A stretch of 64,000 nucleotides of DNA, taken from assembly GCA_964016885.1 (NCBI GenBank), contig OZ024741.1, positions 156,116,001 to 156,180,000 on the forward strand, written 5' to 3'. Below are positions 43,867 through 56,334 of this stretch, in pieces. The notes below the pieces were generated by a model that did no database searches, was not told the DNA's origin, and was given only the letters and a program-made list of their open reading frames with translations. Numbering within the stretch: the stretch's first letter is position 1; each line of letters begins with the position of its first letter. The position numbers were made by a program, and so were the translations under genes. The stretch is from Eledone cirrhosa (lineage: Eukaryota).

Positions 43867-43917
43867 TATTGTCTGATGAGGACGTACTGTTGTACCTCTG
43901 AAATATGTATAATAAAA
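43867..43917 (+). ncRNA. Type I hammerhead ribozyme
   Basis: TATTGT-CTGATGA(43873-43879)-GGACGTAC TGTT GTACCTCT-GAAA-TATGTA-TA-ATAAAA; AUA cut after 43911. Confidence 0.75.
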
Positions 43918-43934
43918 TATAATTGATCAAAAGA

Positions 43935-43989
<55 letters not shown>

Positions 43990-44129
43990 TAGCAGATTAA
44001 TGTTTAAGCAAAGAATCGCTGCTTTCAGCCTTAACGGGATCTTCTGATGAGCGTTCTTTGGATTTTAGTCTTCAAATTTATTATTATTACTATATATATA
44101 TATATATATATATATTCTTCTCCCCATTT

Positions 44130-44174
<45 letters not shown>

Positions 44175-44363
44175 GATAATTTAATATATCAACTAACATA
44201 AGCGCACAGATGCACGCCCATGCCAGCAAATACACAGGTTATGTCATAGTACCTAGGTGGTTCAATGCAGGAGAATGCAGAACAATAATATAAAGGACGT
44301 AAAATAAGAAAATATTTTTTTAAAAAAATTTAAAAAAAAAATTTTTTTCTTACTTAAATTTTC

Positions 44364-44445
44364 ACTCCAACTAATTAGTTTCTGCAATGGGATAAAGACA
44401 GTTACGTAATCCAACTGTCGAGAATTCATTGCGTCATCAGGAAGT
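44364..44445 (-). ncRNA. Type I hammerhead ribozyme, unit 1
   Basis: Minus strand ACTTC-CTGATGA-C-GCAATG..GACAGTT..AACTGTC..CATTGC-A-GAAA-CTAATTAG-TT-GGAGT; palindromic stem III; GUU cut between 44369 and 44368. Confidence 0.85.
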
Positions 44446-44939
44446 CTATTCTCAGTAAAGTCTCCAGGCAATGCGCGGACACTGGCGGCTCATATAAAAA
44501 TAATAATAATTCGGTAGATCGAACAGCTTGCGAGGACTGGATTCTTTGTACCGAAATTCTCACTGCTTCAAGTCAAATGGCCGATTCTAAAGAATCAATC
44601 ACGTGACACAGAGGCTAGTTAGAAGGAATGGGATGGTAAGATGACTGACGCCTACTAACACCCCAAAAAAAAAAAAAAAAAAAAAAAAATTTTTTTAGAA
44701 GTGGTTTTGACAAGTTTGCTCGACAAATCAGTGATTTGGAGATAAATATAGATAATTTAATATATCAACTAACATAAGCGCACAGATGCACGCCCATGCC
44801 AGCAAATACACAGGTTATGTCATAGTACCTAGGTGGTTCAATGCAGGAGAATGCAGAACAATAATATAAAGGACGTAAAATAAGAAAATATTTTTTTTAA
44901 AAAATTTTTAAAAAAAATTTTTTTCTTACTTAAATTTTC

Positions 44940-45021
44940 ACTCCAACTAATTAGTTTCTGCAATGGGATAAAGACAGTTACGTAATCCAACTGTCGAGAA
45001 TTCAGTGCGTCATCAGGAAGT
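44940..45021 (-). ncRNA. Type I hammerhead ribozyme, unit 2
   Basis: As unit 1 with one stem II substitution (GCACTG); cut between 44945 and 44944. Confidence 0.83.
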
Positions 45022-45572
45022 CTATTCTCAGTAAAGTCTCCAGGCAATGCGCGGACACTGGCAGCTCATATAAAAATAATAATAATTCGGTAGATCGAAC
45101 AGCTTGCGAGGACTGGATTCTTTGTACCGAAATTCTCACTGCTTCAAGTCAAATGGCCGATTCTAAAGAATCAATCACGTGACACAGAGGCTAGTTAGAA
45201 GGAATGGGATGGTAAGATGACTGACGCCTACTAACACCCCAAAAAAAAAAAAAAAAAAAAAAAAATTTTTTAGAAGTGGTTTTGACAAGTTTGCTCGACA
45301 AATCAGTGATTTGGAGATAAATATAGATAATTTAATATATCAACTAACATAAGCGCACAGATGCACGCCCATGCCAGCAAATACACAGGTTATGTCATAG
45401 TACCTAGGTGGTTCAATGCAGGAGAATGCAGAACAATAATATAAAGGACGTAAAATAAGAAAATATTTTTTTAAAAAAATTTTTAAAAAAAATTTTATAT
45501 ATATATATATATATAAATGGAATAGAATGAAACGAAATTTCATTTCTCACTCTTAGTACGGCACTTACTTAA

Positions 45573-46125
45573 ATGTAAGTATGTATGTATGTATACGTAC
45601 ATACATTACATATATGTATACAGACGTACAGTAGTATGTATATATATACATACATGCACACATATATATATGCACGTATCGGTTTACCGAACATTTATTA
45701 TAATACTCGGTTTGTTTGTTTGTAAACAAACAAACAGCCCGACTTACGCCGTACAGTGTTTAGGCAACCACGTCACCTTTTTATTCAATACTGACACAGG
45801 AACGATGTACTAGTTTCAAGCTTATTATCTATCGTCAGCATCGTATACCTTCCTGCCAGATGGTTGAACGTCTGAAAGTATATACTTTCCTTATGCATAT
45901 TAACTGTGTCAGTGTTGAACAAAAAGGTGACGTGGTTGCCTAAACACTGTACGGCGTAATTCGGGCTGTTTGTTTGTTTACAAACAAACAAACAGAGCAT
46001 TATAATAAATGTTCGGTAAACCGATACGTGCATATATATATATGTACATGTATGTATATATATACATACAACTGTACGTCTGTATACATATATGTATGTA
46101 CGTATACATAGATACATACTTACAT
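45573..46125. repeat. Fold-back element (~225-bp arms) with an HHR in the spacer
   Basis: 45573-45799 is the reverse complement of 45904-46125. Related pieces occur at ~42308-42405 and 45520-45562. Confidence 0.9.
45802..45844 (-). ncRNA. Minimal type I hammerhead ribozyme
   Basis: Minus strand ACGATG-CTGACGA-TAGATAATAAGCTT-GAAA-CTAG-TA-CATCGT; perfect 6-bp stem I, ACTAGT palindrome, weak stem II. Confidence 0.75.
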
Positions 46126-46176
46126 GTATATATATCTATATATATAAGTGGTAACACAACAGTTAGTTCACCATAC

Positions 46177-46214
46177 CGAGAACAAATGTTTCACCTTCGT
46201 GGATCCTCAGCTCG
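46177..46214 (-). ncRNA. Minimal type I hammerhead ribozyme (38 nt)
   Basis: Minus strand CGAG-CTGAGGA-TCCACGAAGGT-GAAA-CATTTG-TT-CTCG, in a ~70-bp island between (TA)n runs. Confidence 0.75.
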
Positions 46215-47028
46215 TACATATATATATATATCATAAAACACGAATAAACAAAGGCTCCCGTATGCAATAACATATATTAAAATATATATATTCATATCCA
46301 TATGTGTGTGTATGTGTGGGTAAGTATGTATGTTTGTATGTGTGCGTATATATGTATGTAAGTAAATATATATACATCATATTATTTATTATGGCTGAGA
46401 GCGATAAGTCTTTTTACCCTGTACACTCACAGTATCATCAGACGTTGTGTGTGTGGGTATATGTGTTTTTTGGTGTATTTGTGCGTGCATGTGTGTTTGT
46501 GTGTGTGTGTGTATGTGTGCATGTGCGTGTGTGTATGTGTGTGTGTGTGTGCAAGAAATGAGACGGAAAGTGAATAAGATGGAGTAATCATTTCATTTCA
46601 TGTAATTAGTAATTTTCTTTCTCTTCAAAAAGTATCAAGCCACATCAGATAGAATAGCAATCTGTGTATAGATATAATGATCCATCCAGTGCACATAACC
46701 TGCGGCGTGTTTTTTTAATTATTTGTTCACAATAAACTGAAGATCTTCGAATAATTAGTATCGTAAAATTACTTTCGAAAAATCAATGTCGTTTAGTTTT
46801 GTTTCCCTGTGATCTTTGTTTTGCTTTTCATAGTTGATTCGTTTTTATATTTCTTTAAAGTAATCGTCATATTACAAATTATTATTTGCTGGACTACTAT
46901 GTTTGGGGTGCTGTCGTGAAGGAAGTCAATCAATATCCTCTAACACTGTAACATCTCTGAAGTCTGCCATAACTAGCACAATGTCCAAAATAACTAAAGA
47001 TCATTTCATTCATATGAATTGCTGATCC

Positions 47029-47215
47029 GGTGGATTGGCAGTATCGGTAGAGGGTCGGACGCCATACTTTCCAGCATAGTTACGTCCCTTTACGATCTGA
47101 GTTCAAATCCCGCCGAGTTTGACTTTGTCTTTCATCTTTACGGGGTCGATAAAATAAAGTACCAGTAATGCACTGGTTAATTGCTGGCCTTGTGCCTAAA
47201 GTAGAAACAATTATT
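47029..47215 (+). mobile_element. SINE (octopus-type family), near full length; decayed copy follows at ~47250-47390
   Basis: GGTGGATTGGCAGTATCGGTAGAG...CTGAGTTCAAATCCCGCCGAG...core...GTAGAAACAATT. Confidence 0.88.
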
Positions 47216-47403
47216 TTCATTAGTTTTGTGACTATTGATGTTCGTAAAATGGCGGATAAGTTGCCGAGTCAATACAATGTCAGATAGAATGTTATGCGGG
47301 ATTGCATCCAGTTGACCGTCCTCTGAGTTCAAATCCCGCCGAAGTCATTTTTGGGGGGTCTATAAATAACATTTCAGTTCAATATTATGGTGCATATATG
47401 TCT

Positions 47404-47436
<33 letters not shown>

Positions 47437-47591
47437 ATCTCTACCTCACTGTCTCTCTCTACCTCTCTCTGGAAGAAATTAGGTGTGTTTAACTCCGGAG
47501 AGGGCTGGTTTCCCCCAGTTTTAAATGCTCAAAACACGCCGTGTATCACTAATTCGTTCTAACAAATCAGTATCCCCCGGCATAGACATGC

Positions 47592-47625
<34 letters not shown>

Positions 47626-47879
47626 GTGTGTATGTGTATGTTTGTGAGTGTGTGAGTGAATGTATGTATGTATATATGTATCTATGTACGTATAATGTAT
47701 GTATGTACCGACTGAAGATGAAATTCCGGTTGCTCTCAGAATATTGACTACCGGAATCACCCGTGGGCAAGATGACATCCTTGTTGTATTGATACATTGA
47801 TACAACAGGTCGGAGGAGAGGTACTGGACTTGCTTCTTTCGGTGTGGGATAAGGGTTTAACTCCACAAGAGTGGAGATG

Positions 47880-49150
47880 CCATTTCCATGTTCTTGTATA
47901 AGAAATGACACAAGTGTCTGTGCGATAATTACCGTGGCGGGAGTCCTTTTTGTCTGTCGTGAGAAAGATCTTTGCAAGGATACCTCTGAACCGTTTGCTG
48001 CATTAAGTTGCACCTAACATTCTGTCAGAATCACAATGTTGTTTTTGGGCCAAACCGAGGGACAACAGATATGGTCTTTACAGCGTGACAAGTTAAGAAG
48101 CGTTGTAGACAGCAACAGCTCGGTTTATACCTGTGCTCTATCGGTCTGAAAAATGCATTTGACACCTTTTGGGACCCTGTTAAAGCTAGGCTGTCCCGAG
48201 GAGCTCACAGGACTTATTCGAACTCTTCAAGATAACGTGAAGGCATAGGCTGAACTGCTGGATCCCATCTTGGTTGAATCTGACGTGGAGCAAGGTGAAC
48301 CTCTGGCTATTATAAACCTTTTCTGGCAGAGATGCTGGCATATATATCCAGTATAGCACAATGGGAAGGTTTTATATCATCCATCGTTTTATTTCAGTTA
48401 ATAAACCATTCATGTGCTTGATTCCCGACCTTCTATATGCTGACGATTGTGGTCTTGTCATTCACACTTTGCCAGATCTGCAGCTCCTAATGGATTGTTC
48501 TTCGGCCTCGTGTGATGAATTCAGTCTTACATTCAGCGCCAGCATGACCACAGTAATGTATCAGCCAGCACCAGGCAAGCGGTATATTCCACCATCCATA
48601 TACGTCAAGGATAAAATGTTGCATATTGTGGAAACGTTTTTCTAATTAGGTAGCACTCTATCCAAATTATAGACTCTCCAAAGTTTACGATACCAACAAA
48701 GTTAAAGGTCTACAAACCTTGCGTGTTGACAACCCTGTTGTGTGGATGTGATACTTCAATGACATAGCGATTCCACCCGCATTGCCTACGTTCTCTACAA
48801 AACATTTAATGGCAATCAAATGTGCCTGACAGCAGGGTAGAATAGTCGGCACATATGCTGAGTATTGAAATCATGATTATGAAACATTGCTTCAGATGGT
48901 CTGGTCATCTGGTCGGCTAAGGGAACACCCATATACCAAAAAATCCCTTTACAGCGAACTGGTGGAGGGCAAACGACACCAGTGCAAGCTACGAAAACGG
49001 TATAAGGACTGTCCAAAAGACAATTAAAACTTTCAATATCGATATTAGCACATTGCAAGATCTTGCATCAGATAGAGTGGTGTGGAGAAAACTGATTGCC
49101 ACTGGTGCTTTAAAATTCGAGAAAGCTGAATTGCGTATGTTGAGTTGAAA
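47880..49150 (+). mobile_element. RTE/BovB-type LINE RT relic
   Basis: CDNYRG; LLYADDCGLV..DLQLLMD..F.LT.S...T.VMYQPAPGK; RWSGHL. Confidence 0.88.
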
Positions 49151-50306
49151 TGAGCTGGTAAATATAAGAAGAAATTTACTGCGTCCCTGAAAAGGGAACT
49201 GGAGAATATCTTTTGAGACAAGGGATCTTTCACTCCAAAGCTCCCATAAAAAATACTGTATTGGATGGCCGTTGACTCTTCGGTGTTCCTTCCCCATTTA
49301 ACGGGTTTTGATTTTCATCCTGTAGGCTGTCCACAATAACCCGCTCCAACAAGCAAGCTTCGCGGGTTTGTCGGTATATTCGCAGGCGACCAGACCATTC
49401 ACAGGTTGTACTGCGTTATATTTTACCAGTAGCGCTGAAGAGCGACCTGATATATTGTGTGCGTCTATACATATGACGCCATCGCTGTTGAATGTTTCCC
49501 AACACTTACTCCACCCCACCACTTCTCGGCTCTATCCACCTCACACCTCACTCTTCGTTACTTCACACTTCGCATTTCAGCTCTTTGCGATTGCACAATC
49601 ATATCGCCGTACCCGAAGCCAAGTAACCTCCCGAGGCCAAGCAGCCATACAACGAAATGAAATATATAAGGTTACCATCCTATTTGCTACAATCTTCTTT
49701 TCTACACAACCCCTTTTAGCTGCTTCTACTTAAGTGTGAATTTATACGCAGAATTTCATACACATATGTGTGACCCTCCCTACGTTGTTTAGATCACGCA
49801 TGCGCACACACTGACGCCTCCACATTCTCATAGCAGTAAGCTACGTTACAGACAGACGCCCATCTTTCACGCCTTTGCACACCCAAAACACCTACATATG
49901 CACACACACATACACTCATGCACACACTCATGCACACACACACACACACACTCATGCACACACGCGTGCGCCCACATACACACACACACACACATACACA
50001 CACATACACACATGTCAACTGAAAGTATGCAATGATCACGTTACTTTATAAATCTGTACCATACAAAGATACCAACTGACCAGCATTTCTCTAAAATGAC
50101 TGGGTGAATACACCTGGTTTTTCTCATTTTTTTCTTTTCCTTCCTCTTCTCACACTCTATCTTTTCATTTCATCTTTTTTTCGATTTCGATCTTTTGCTG
50201 AATGACTAATATCCGATTATTTGCCTACTATATCAAGCATTAAACTAATATATTTATTCATTATACTGTGATGCTTGCTTTATTGTTTCCGTTTTCGTTT
50301 GCATAC

Positions 50307-50344
<38 letters not shown>

Positions 50345-50776
50345 TATAACTGTGAAGAACAACTAAACAAAGATTACCTAATGTTTCTTCACAGTTACAC
50401 CGATTGGAGTGCAGCCAAAGTGCAGTTAAACTACACCGAAGCTGTTAGGTAGTCGGCTTATCAAGAGTCTGCCTCTGATTCCCCGAACTGACCACTACCA
50501 TTTAAAATTTTCGAAAGGGGAAATTATCACCTGGTTTTACGTTCAACACAAGGACACTGAACGATAGATTGTTGGTTAGTAACAGATTTGCTGGAAGAAG
50601 CAGTCTATTTCAGCGTAATTTTTTTTTTACTCAACAATACCGGAATTAGGACAAATTACAGAAAATGCATATACATATAGATACATAAGTATAAACACAT
50701 ATATGTGTAGTGTCCATCCTTTAGCAGCTTTGCTCAATATATAATCAATTAATCAGAGCTGTATAAAATTATATGT

Positions 50777-51830
50777 GTGAAGAACAAATATGCTGAGCAG
50801 GTCGTGATCCTCCACGCCCGTAAGACCTTTCTATACCACGAAGGGTCTTACTGGATTAACAAGAGGTCTGAGACTCAATATGGCGTCAGTATGGGAGCAA
50901 GTGACCTGAAGAACCTTCTCACAGGCCTGACCGGAGGATTATACCCAGATGATGGTCTTTTTGCTTTGCACAAGGTAAACCCCAGAACCACTGATGGGTT
51001 GCGAAAAAACTTTAGCTCGTTCTTCCGTAATCTAGGTTTTGGAATAACCATAGAATTAAATATGACTAGGGCCAACCTTTTAGATGTCACTTTAGATTTA
51101 GATGCTTCCCTCTGTTACTCGTATCGCAAACTTAATGAATCCTTTAGATACATAGATGTTAGTTCGTATCACCCCCAAAATATTACTGATAATTTAGTTA
51201 AAAGTATCTCACGTGGAATTTCCAGTCTCTCAGTCTATGAAGAAATCTTTAGTGCCTCTGCCCCTTATTACAATGATAATACGATAACACTCTCCTAATC
51301 CACTACACCTAATTTAGCTAGGAATATAGCCAACCGCAACACCGCTGCATTAAATAAGCCTACTTCCTCCGAAACCCACCTCTGGACGGGATATGTGCAA
51401 CTGCCACAATAAGGAAGCGTGTCCACTTGAAAACAAATGCATGATGAATGACATCGTATATAAATTCGATGTCGTCTCTGACATTGATGACAACAACAAA
51501 AAAAACATATATTGGAGTGACATCCAACAAATTTAAGACCCGGTGGTATGCCCATACCCACTCGTTCAGAAGACCGGACAAATCCAGCCAGACAACACTC
51601 GCCGCCTATGTCTGGGACCTCAAAAGGAATTCCACCCCTTTCACACTCAAATGGAAATTACTCCAAAGAGCGCGCTTATACATGCGAGGACACAAGTGTT
51701 GCGACTTTTGTATTTCCGAGAACTATGAAATGCTATTTGCCAAGGGCACGACACTGAGCAAACTATCTGAACACTGCCCGAATTGTATGCAAAAAAACTA
51801 TGCAACGTATAAATCCTACAAACGAGTTCT
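50777..51830 (+). pseudogene. PLE RT plus GIY-YIG, internally deleted (Naiad-like)
   Basis: VSMGA, GLYPDDGL, LLDVTLDL, YIDVSSYHP; CNCHNKEACPLENKC; TYIGVTSNKFKTRWYAHTHSF; CDFCISE. Confidence 0.92.
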
Positions 51831-51954
51831 GCCCCCAGTATTATGGTTTCACAAAACACCTAACTCGACATAATATTGCCTCCCTCACCATCCCATCCCA
51901 TCCCACCTCCACTCTAAACCTACACCCTCTTTCGGTACGCCTCACAATATTGAG

Positions 51955-52678
51955 GTTCTGGAAGTACTCATTACCTACTTGTATAAGCGCAGCAACTACT
52001 CCATTGCTATTTGATGATAGTTTGGGCCTGAGATATACAAACTCCGTAACTTGAGCAATTTGCTGGTTGTAGATCGTGAGTTGGAGATTGGCATTGTTTT
52101 TATCAGTTGCCATACACTTTGTTTCGGATGTTGATGCGCAAGCCAGTCCCCAGCGAATGTTCGGCCAGTACATTCAGAAAGTCTTGCAGATCAGTTCTAG
52201 AGTAACTTATGATGGCCAGATCGTCTGCATAGCTGAGATTTGATAGGATTTTACCTCCTATTTGATAGCCGGAGGAGCATTCTTCTTCAGTTTGGTAGAT
52301 AAGTGCAGCTATAACTATACAGAAAAGAAGTGCTGATAGTACATCCCTCTGCTTAACTCCCTTCAAGATATACACCGTGTAGTTCCCAAATCTGTTTTGA
52401 TATATAGACCAATTACATCAATTGTCAAGTCAAGATTACACAAACTATACGGTCACATAAAAAGATAAACTTATGGTGTGAGTAGGTTATGCCTGGAAGG
52501 AAGGTTAGCTGGTAAGAGAAGCAGAGGACGGCAGCCAAAACGATGGGTTGATAATGTCAATTTATGGACTGGACTTGATCTTTGCTCTTTAAACTCTGCT
52601 GTTGGTAATCGAACTTCATGAAGATAAATATCTGATGTTGATGCGCAGTCTACAAATTGGCGGAATTTAGCGTCAAAA
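51955..52678. mobile_element. RTE-like LINE: minus-strand RT piece joined to a plus-strand 3' end
   Basis: Minus 51955-52375: KGVKQRDVLS..NLSYADD..EFVYL. Plus 52405-52675: EGRLAGKRSRGRQPKRWVD. Confidence 0.8.
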
Positions 52679-53434
52679 TAGATAGTAGTATAGGTATTTA
52701 TATTTAGAAGGAAAGAGTCATATATTGTACATGATACATGGTATATAGTGTATATATATATATATATATATACGTGTGTGTGTATGTATATGTATATATA
52801 TATATATGAATGTATATATATATATATTGAAAGGATAACAAGGACGTGCGCATCCTCACATAAACCCGCACTGCCTCCGGATTCCACACGATCTCCCACA
52901 CCCCATCCGACCCCTTTCACACGCGCGCACACACGCACAGACTTAAACTCCACCACAACATACACAAGGGTTTTTCAAAACCCTCAAGCACGTGCCCGCT
53001 CTCCTCCAGACTCTCACACTTACATCCACGCATACACACACACGTACACCTACACACACACACACCTCACCTTCCACTATCCCCGCTCGGACTCCTTTTT
53101 TCCTTCCCCCGCTCTCTCTTCCCCTCTATCCACCCCTCACGCACCACCACACCCATGCCCTTCCCGACCCCTACGCGCCTCTCATCTTTTTCCAACTTTT
53201 ATTTTAACTTACATTTTCCACTTCATGTTTTATCCTTTTATCCCTTTTTTTACTAGCTCCCCTCTCACTCCTTCTCGGACTTCCTCCTCACACCCTCCTG
53301 ATGAAGGGCTTATGCCCGAAACGTCGCACCCCTCCTCCCACTCTCACTAAGCGTGAACCTAATACAATTTGTAACTTGTACTCCTGCGTTATTGTTTTGT
53401 ATATTCCGGTATATATATATATATTTTTTTTTTA

Positions 53435-53960
53435 TGACGCTAAACTCCGCCAGTTGCAGGACTGTGCATTAACATGTGATATGTCTCACAAAGTTCGATC
53501 ACCAGAGTTCAAAGAGCAAAGATCAAGTCTAGTCCATAAGTTGACATTGTCAACCATCGTTTTGGCTGCTGGCCTCTGCTTCTATTACCAGCCAAGCTTC
53601 CTTCCAGGCATAACCTACTCACACCATGAGTTGATCTTTTATATGGCTGTATCGTTTGAGTACGCTTGACCTGACAATTGATGTAATTGGTCTAAGTTTG
53701 GTAATGTTGAGCAGCTCACTGACACAGATACGGTCACTGAGCGGCTTGCCTGTCATAAGTCTCATGATGTGGTTCTGGAATGTAGAGAGCTTTTATGTTG
53801 GGCAGCTTTCAACAAGAACAAGGAAGTACTAACGTCAAAACGAGTTTCCTACCATTTGATACTTACATCCTACGAGTTGTGTTATATGGTCTTGACTGTA
53901 TCAATTGGACGACAAGGTCACTTCAGATGATCTCTACATTCCAGAACCGCATGATGGGAC
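53435..53960 (-). mobile_element. Second RTE-like 3' end of the same family, with a short inverted 5' piece
   Basis: 53435-53694 is the reverse complement of 52405-52675. Plus-strand 53860-53960 reads VLYGLDCINWT..FQNRMM. Confidence 0.8.
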
Positions 53961-53961
53961 T

Positions 53962-54082
<121 letters not shown>

Positions 54083-54212
54083 TGTTTGTGTGTAGGCGTG
54101 TGTATATATATGTATATATGTATGTGTGAGTGTGTATATATATTTATATATATAAAATAGAAAATAAACGAGGATGTTTCGCTTGTATTAGAAAAATATT
54201 TATTGCATATCG

Positions 54213-54304
54213 ACCTGTTACGCGCGTTTCGTAGAGGATTGGCATAAGGTGACACATAGGAGTTATGGACCCGACTCTAGTATCGATCTGTTCCTCAGAC
54301 TGAT
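54213..54304 (-). ncRNA. Type I hammerhead ribozyme with long stem II
   Basis: Minus strand ATCAGT-CTGAGGA-...TAGAG..CATAA..TTATG..CTCTAC-GAAA-CGCGCG-TA-ACAGGT; ACGCGCGT palindrome; one stem I mismatch. Confidence 0.72.
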
Positions 54305-54576
54305 GATGTGCCAAAAGATATATTTTTGTTATGGTATGTGGGCGGACAAGGTATATATATAAGCATCGGCCCGATTCTGTGTGTGTGTGGGTGTGTGTGT
54401 GTGTGAGGGGGGGGGGGGGCTTATGTGTGTATGTTGGTGTAATTGGTGGGGCTGTAATGCAGGTGGGTATTCAGCTATATTCATGTGCGTGTTTCCGTGA
54501 GCGTGAGAGCAATTAAGTATTCGTGTGTGTGTGAGCGCGCGTGTGGGCGTGTTTTGGAATGTGTACTACCTACACT

Positions 54577-54665
<89 letters not shown>

Positions 54666-55118
54666 TGTATATTTTGTTCTACCTTAAATCGAACGCAAAT
54701 ATTAATGATAATTAATCATTGTTTAAACTCAAGTGGAATGATTTAATATTACTGTAAAACACAGAAATATTTGATATTTTTTTTACTCACTTTTTGTTAT
54801 GTTCGTTTACTCTCTAATGCTTCAGCGTGTTTTTGTTAAATTAATAACGGAATTCTTTGATGAAAATATTCAAACAGAAAGAAAGCGCTTGCTTTAATAT
54901 GCGTAAAGTACATTATTATAACATGAAGGAGATTGACACCGTCATAAACGTTTGAAATTTCAGATCAAAATCTATTTTAGTTTCGTTACATTGTTATGCT
55001 GCGTAATAGTCTTAACTGATTGATTGGTCGATAATGTAATCTATATTTAAATTTCTACATTGAGTTTATAAACGGTATGTGTGTGTGATTGTATCGCAAA
55101 GTATGTATAACTATGCAT

Positions 55119-55149
<31 letters not shown>

Positions 55150-55156
55150 GTATATA

Positions 55157-55237
<81 letters not shown>

Positions 55238-55649
55238 ATAGAGTGGGGAGGGATGTAGAGACGTAGATAGAATTAATCCTTGGTCAACCTCCTCACAATA
55301 CCTATTTTTAAGCTCAAGTATAAAGGAGCAATGATAAACAAAGTTATAAGTTCAGGAATCAAACCTGGTTCAGATATAAAAGAAGTTTCAATTTGAAATG
55401 TGTTTCTATAACCTGTAAAAAGATTTAACAGATTCATAAAGAATGTAATCAATTATAGTAAATAATCAAAAGCATTGTTTGAGTGTATGAGTATAAAGTC
55501 ACAAGACACACTGTTCCTTCCTCTTCTTACTTTTCTATCTTTCTATTTCTTTATTTCTCATTCTGTCTTCTGATGAAGGTCACAGAAGTTTCGACATAAA
55601 CTTTATTTCGAAAGCCCATCTGCCCCTCAGCCATCTGTGTTCTCTACGA

Positions 55650-55930
55650 CATGATTCGTAGATGTATGTTGGTGGTGTGTCTGATTAGGGCAATGAGGTA
55701 ATGTTCTACACATCCTTTCGTTGCTGAGATCTTTGAAAAGTGAAGGCACTCTGACTTCCACAACTCGTTGGCAAATCGCCCGACTCCAGGATCAAGTTTC
55801 ACAGTTTGCGAATCACTTGAGCCATAAGGCAGTTGTCTTGAACAGCTCCGCCGAGATGTCCTCGACACAAACTTCTTTTTCTCGTCAATTGTCTGATGCC
55901 CTCCCTCATCTGATATTTTAGGATGTCAGG
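55650..55930 (-). pseudogene. RTE-type RT N-terminal relic
   Basis: PDILK..EDISAELFK..ILESGD..IALIRHT..LRI across frames. Confidence 0.6.
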
Positions 55931-56334
55931 AGTATACACTGTAGTGATCTCGTTGTCATGATTGTCAACGTTGTGATAATGATTGTCGCTGACTAAACAG
56001 TCGCGTGCTTTCCCTCTGTAAACAATGTTTTCGTTTCTTTCTCTCCTTACGCTCGTCTATCTTTCTATTTTTCTTCTTGGTCTCATTCTGTATGTGTATG
56101 TATATGTGCATGAATATGTATGTGCGTGCGTGTGTTCCCACATAAATCCGTTCATCCAATGTGGAATGTATTATGTCTTATCTGATATGCAAATTCGTAT
56201 TTGCAACAAACGATTTTTATAAAATAATTGAGCTTGGGGAAATCGGTGACCCTAGGCGATATCTATTGTCTGGCTCATTATAAATATTGTATAATTCTCC
56301 CTGGTAACTGATATGGCTTTGATCTTAAGTTGAA

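Larger units (their letters stand above)
43690..43932. repeat. Mini fold-back element whose arms are little more than an HHR
   Basis: 43690-43762 is the reverse complement of 43860-43932; extra TCATCAGACAAA pieces lie in the spacer. Confidence 0.9.
44171..45496 (-). repeat. Tandem array of a 576-bp HHR-bearing unit (2.3 copies) inside (TA)n
   Basis: Units start at 44171, 44747 and 45322 and differ by only a few substitutions and homopolymer lengths. Confidence 0.95.

Noticed and set aside
43985-44090. HHR-like repeat shared with 58150-58310
   Set aside because: The repeat is real, but both copies have CAGAAGA and lack U16.1; too degenerate to call.
47706-47815. CTGAAGA followed by a strong hairpin
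   Set aside because: No GAAA after the stem.
53298-53325. CTGATGAAGGGCTTATGCCCGAAACGTC as an intact HHR
   Set aside because: Core and stem II are good but the 3' flank cannot form stem I; counted only as partial.
55570-55625. CTGATGA...GAAA motif
   Set aside because: No stem I partner or convincing stem III.
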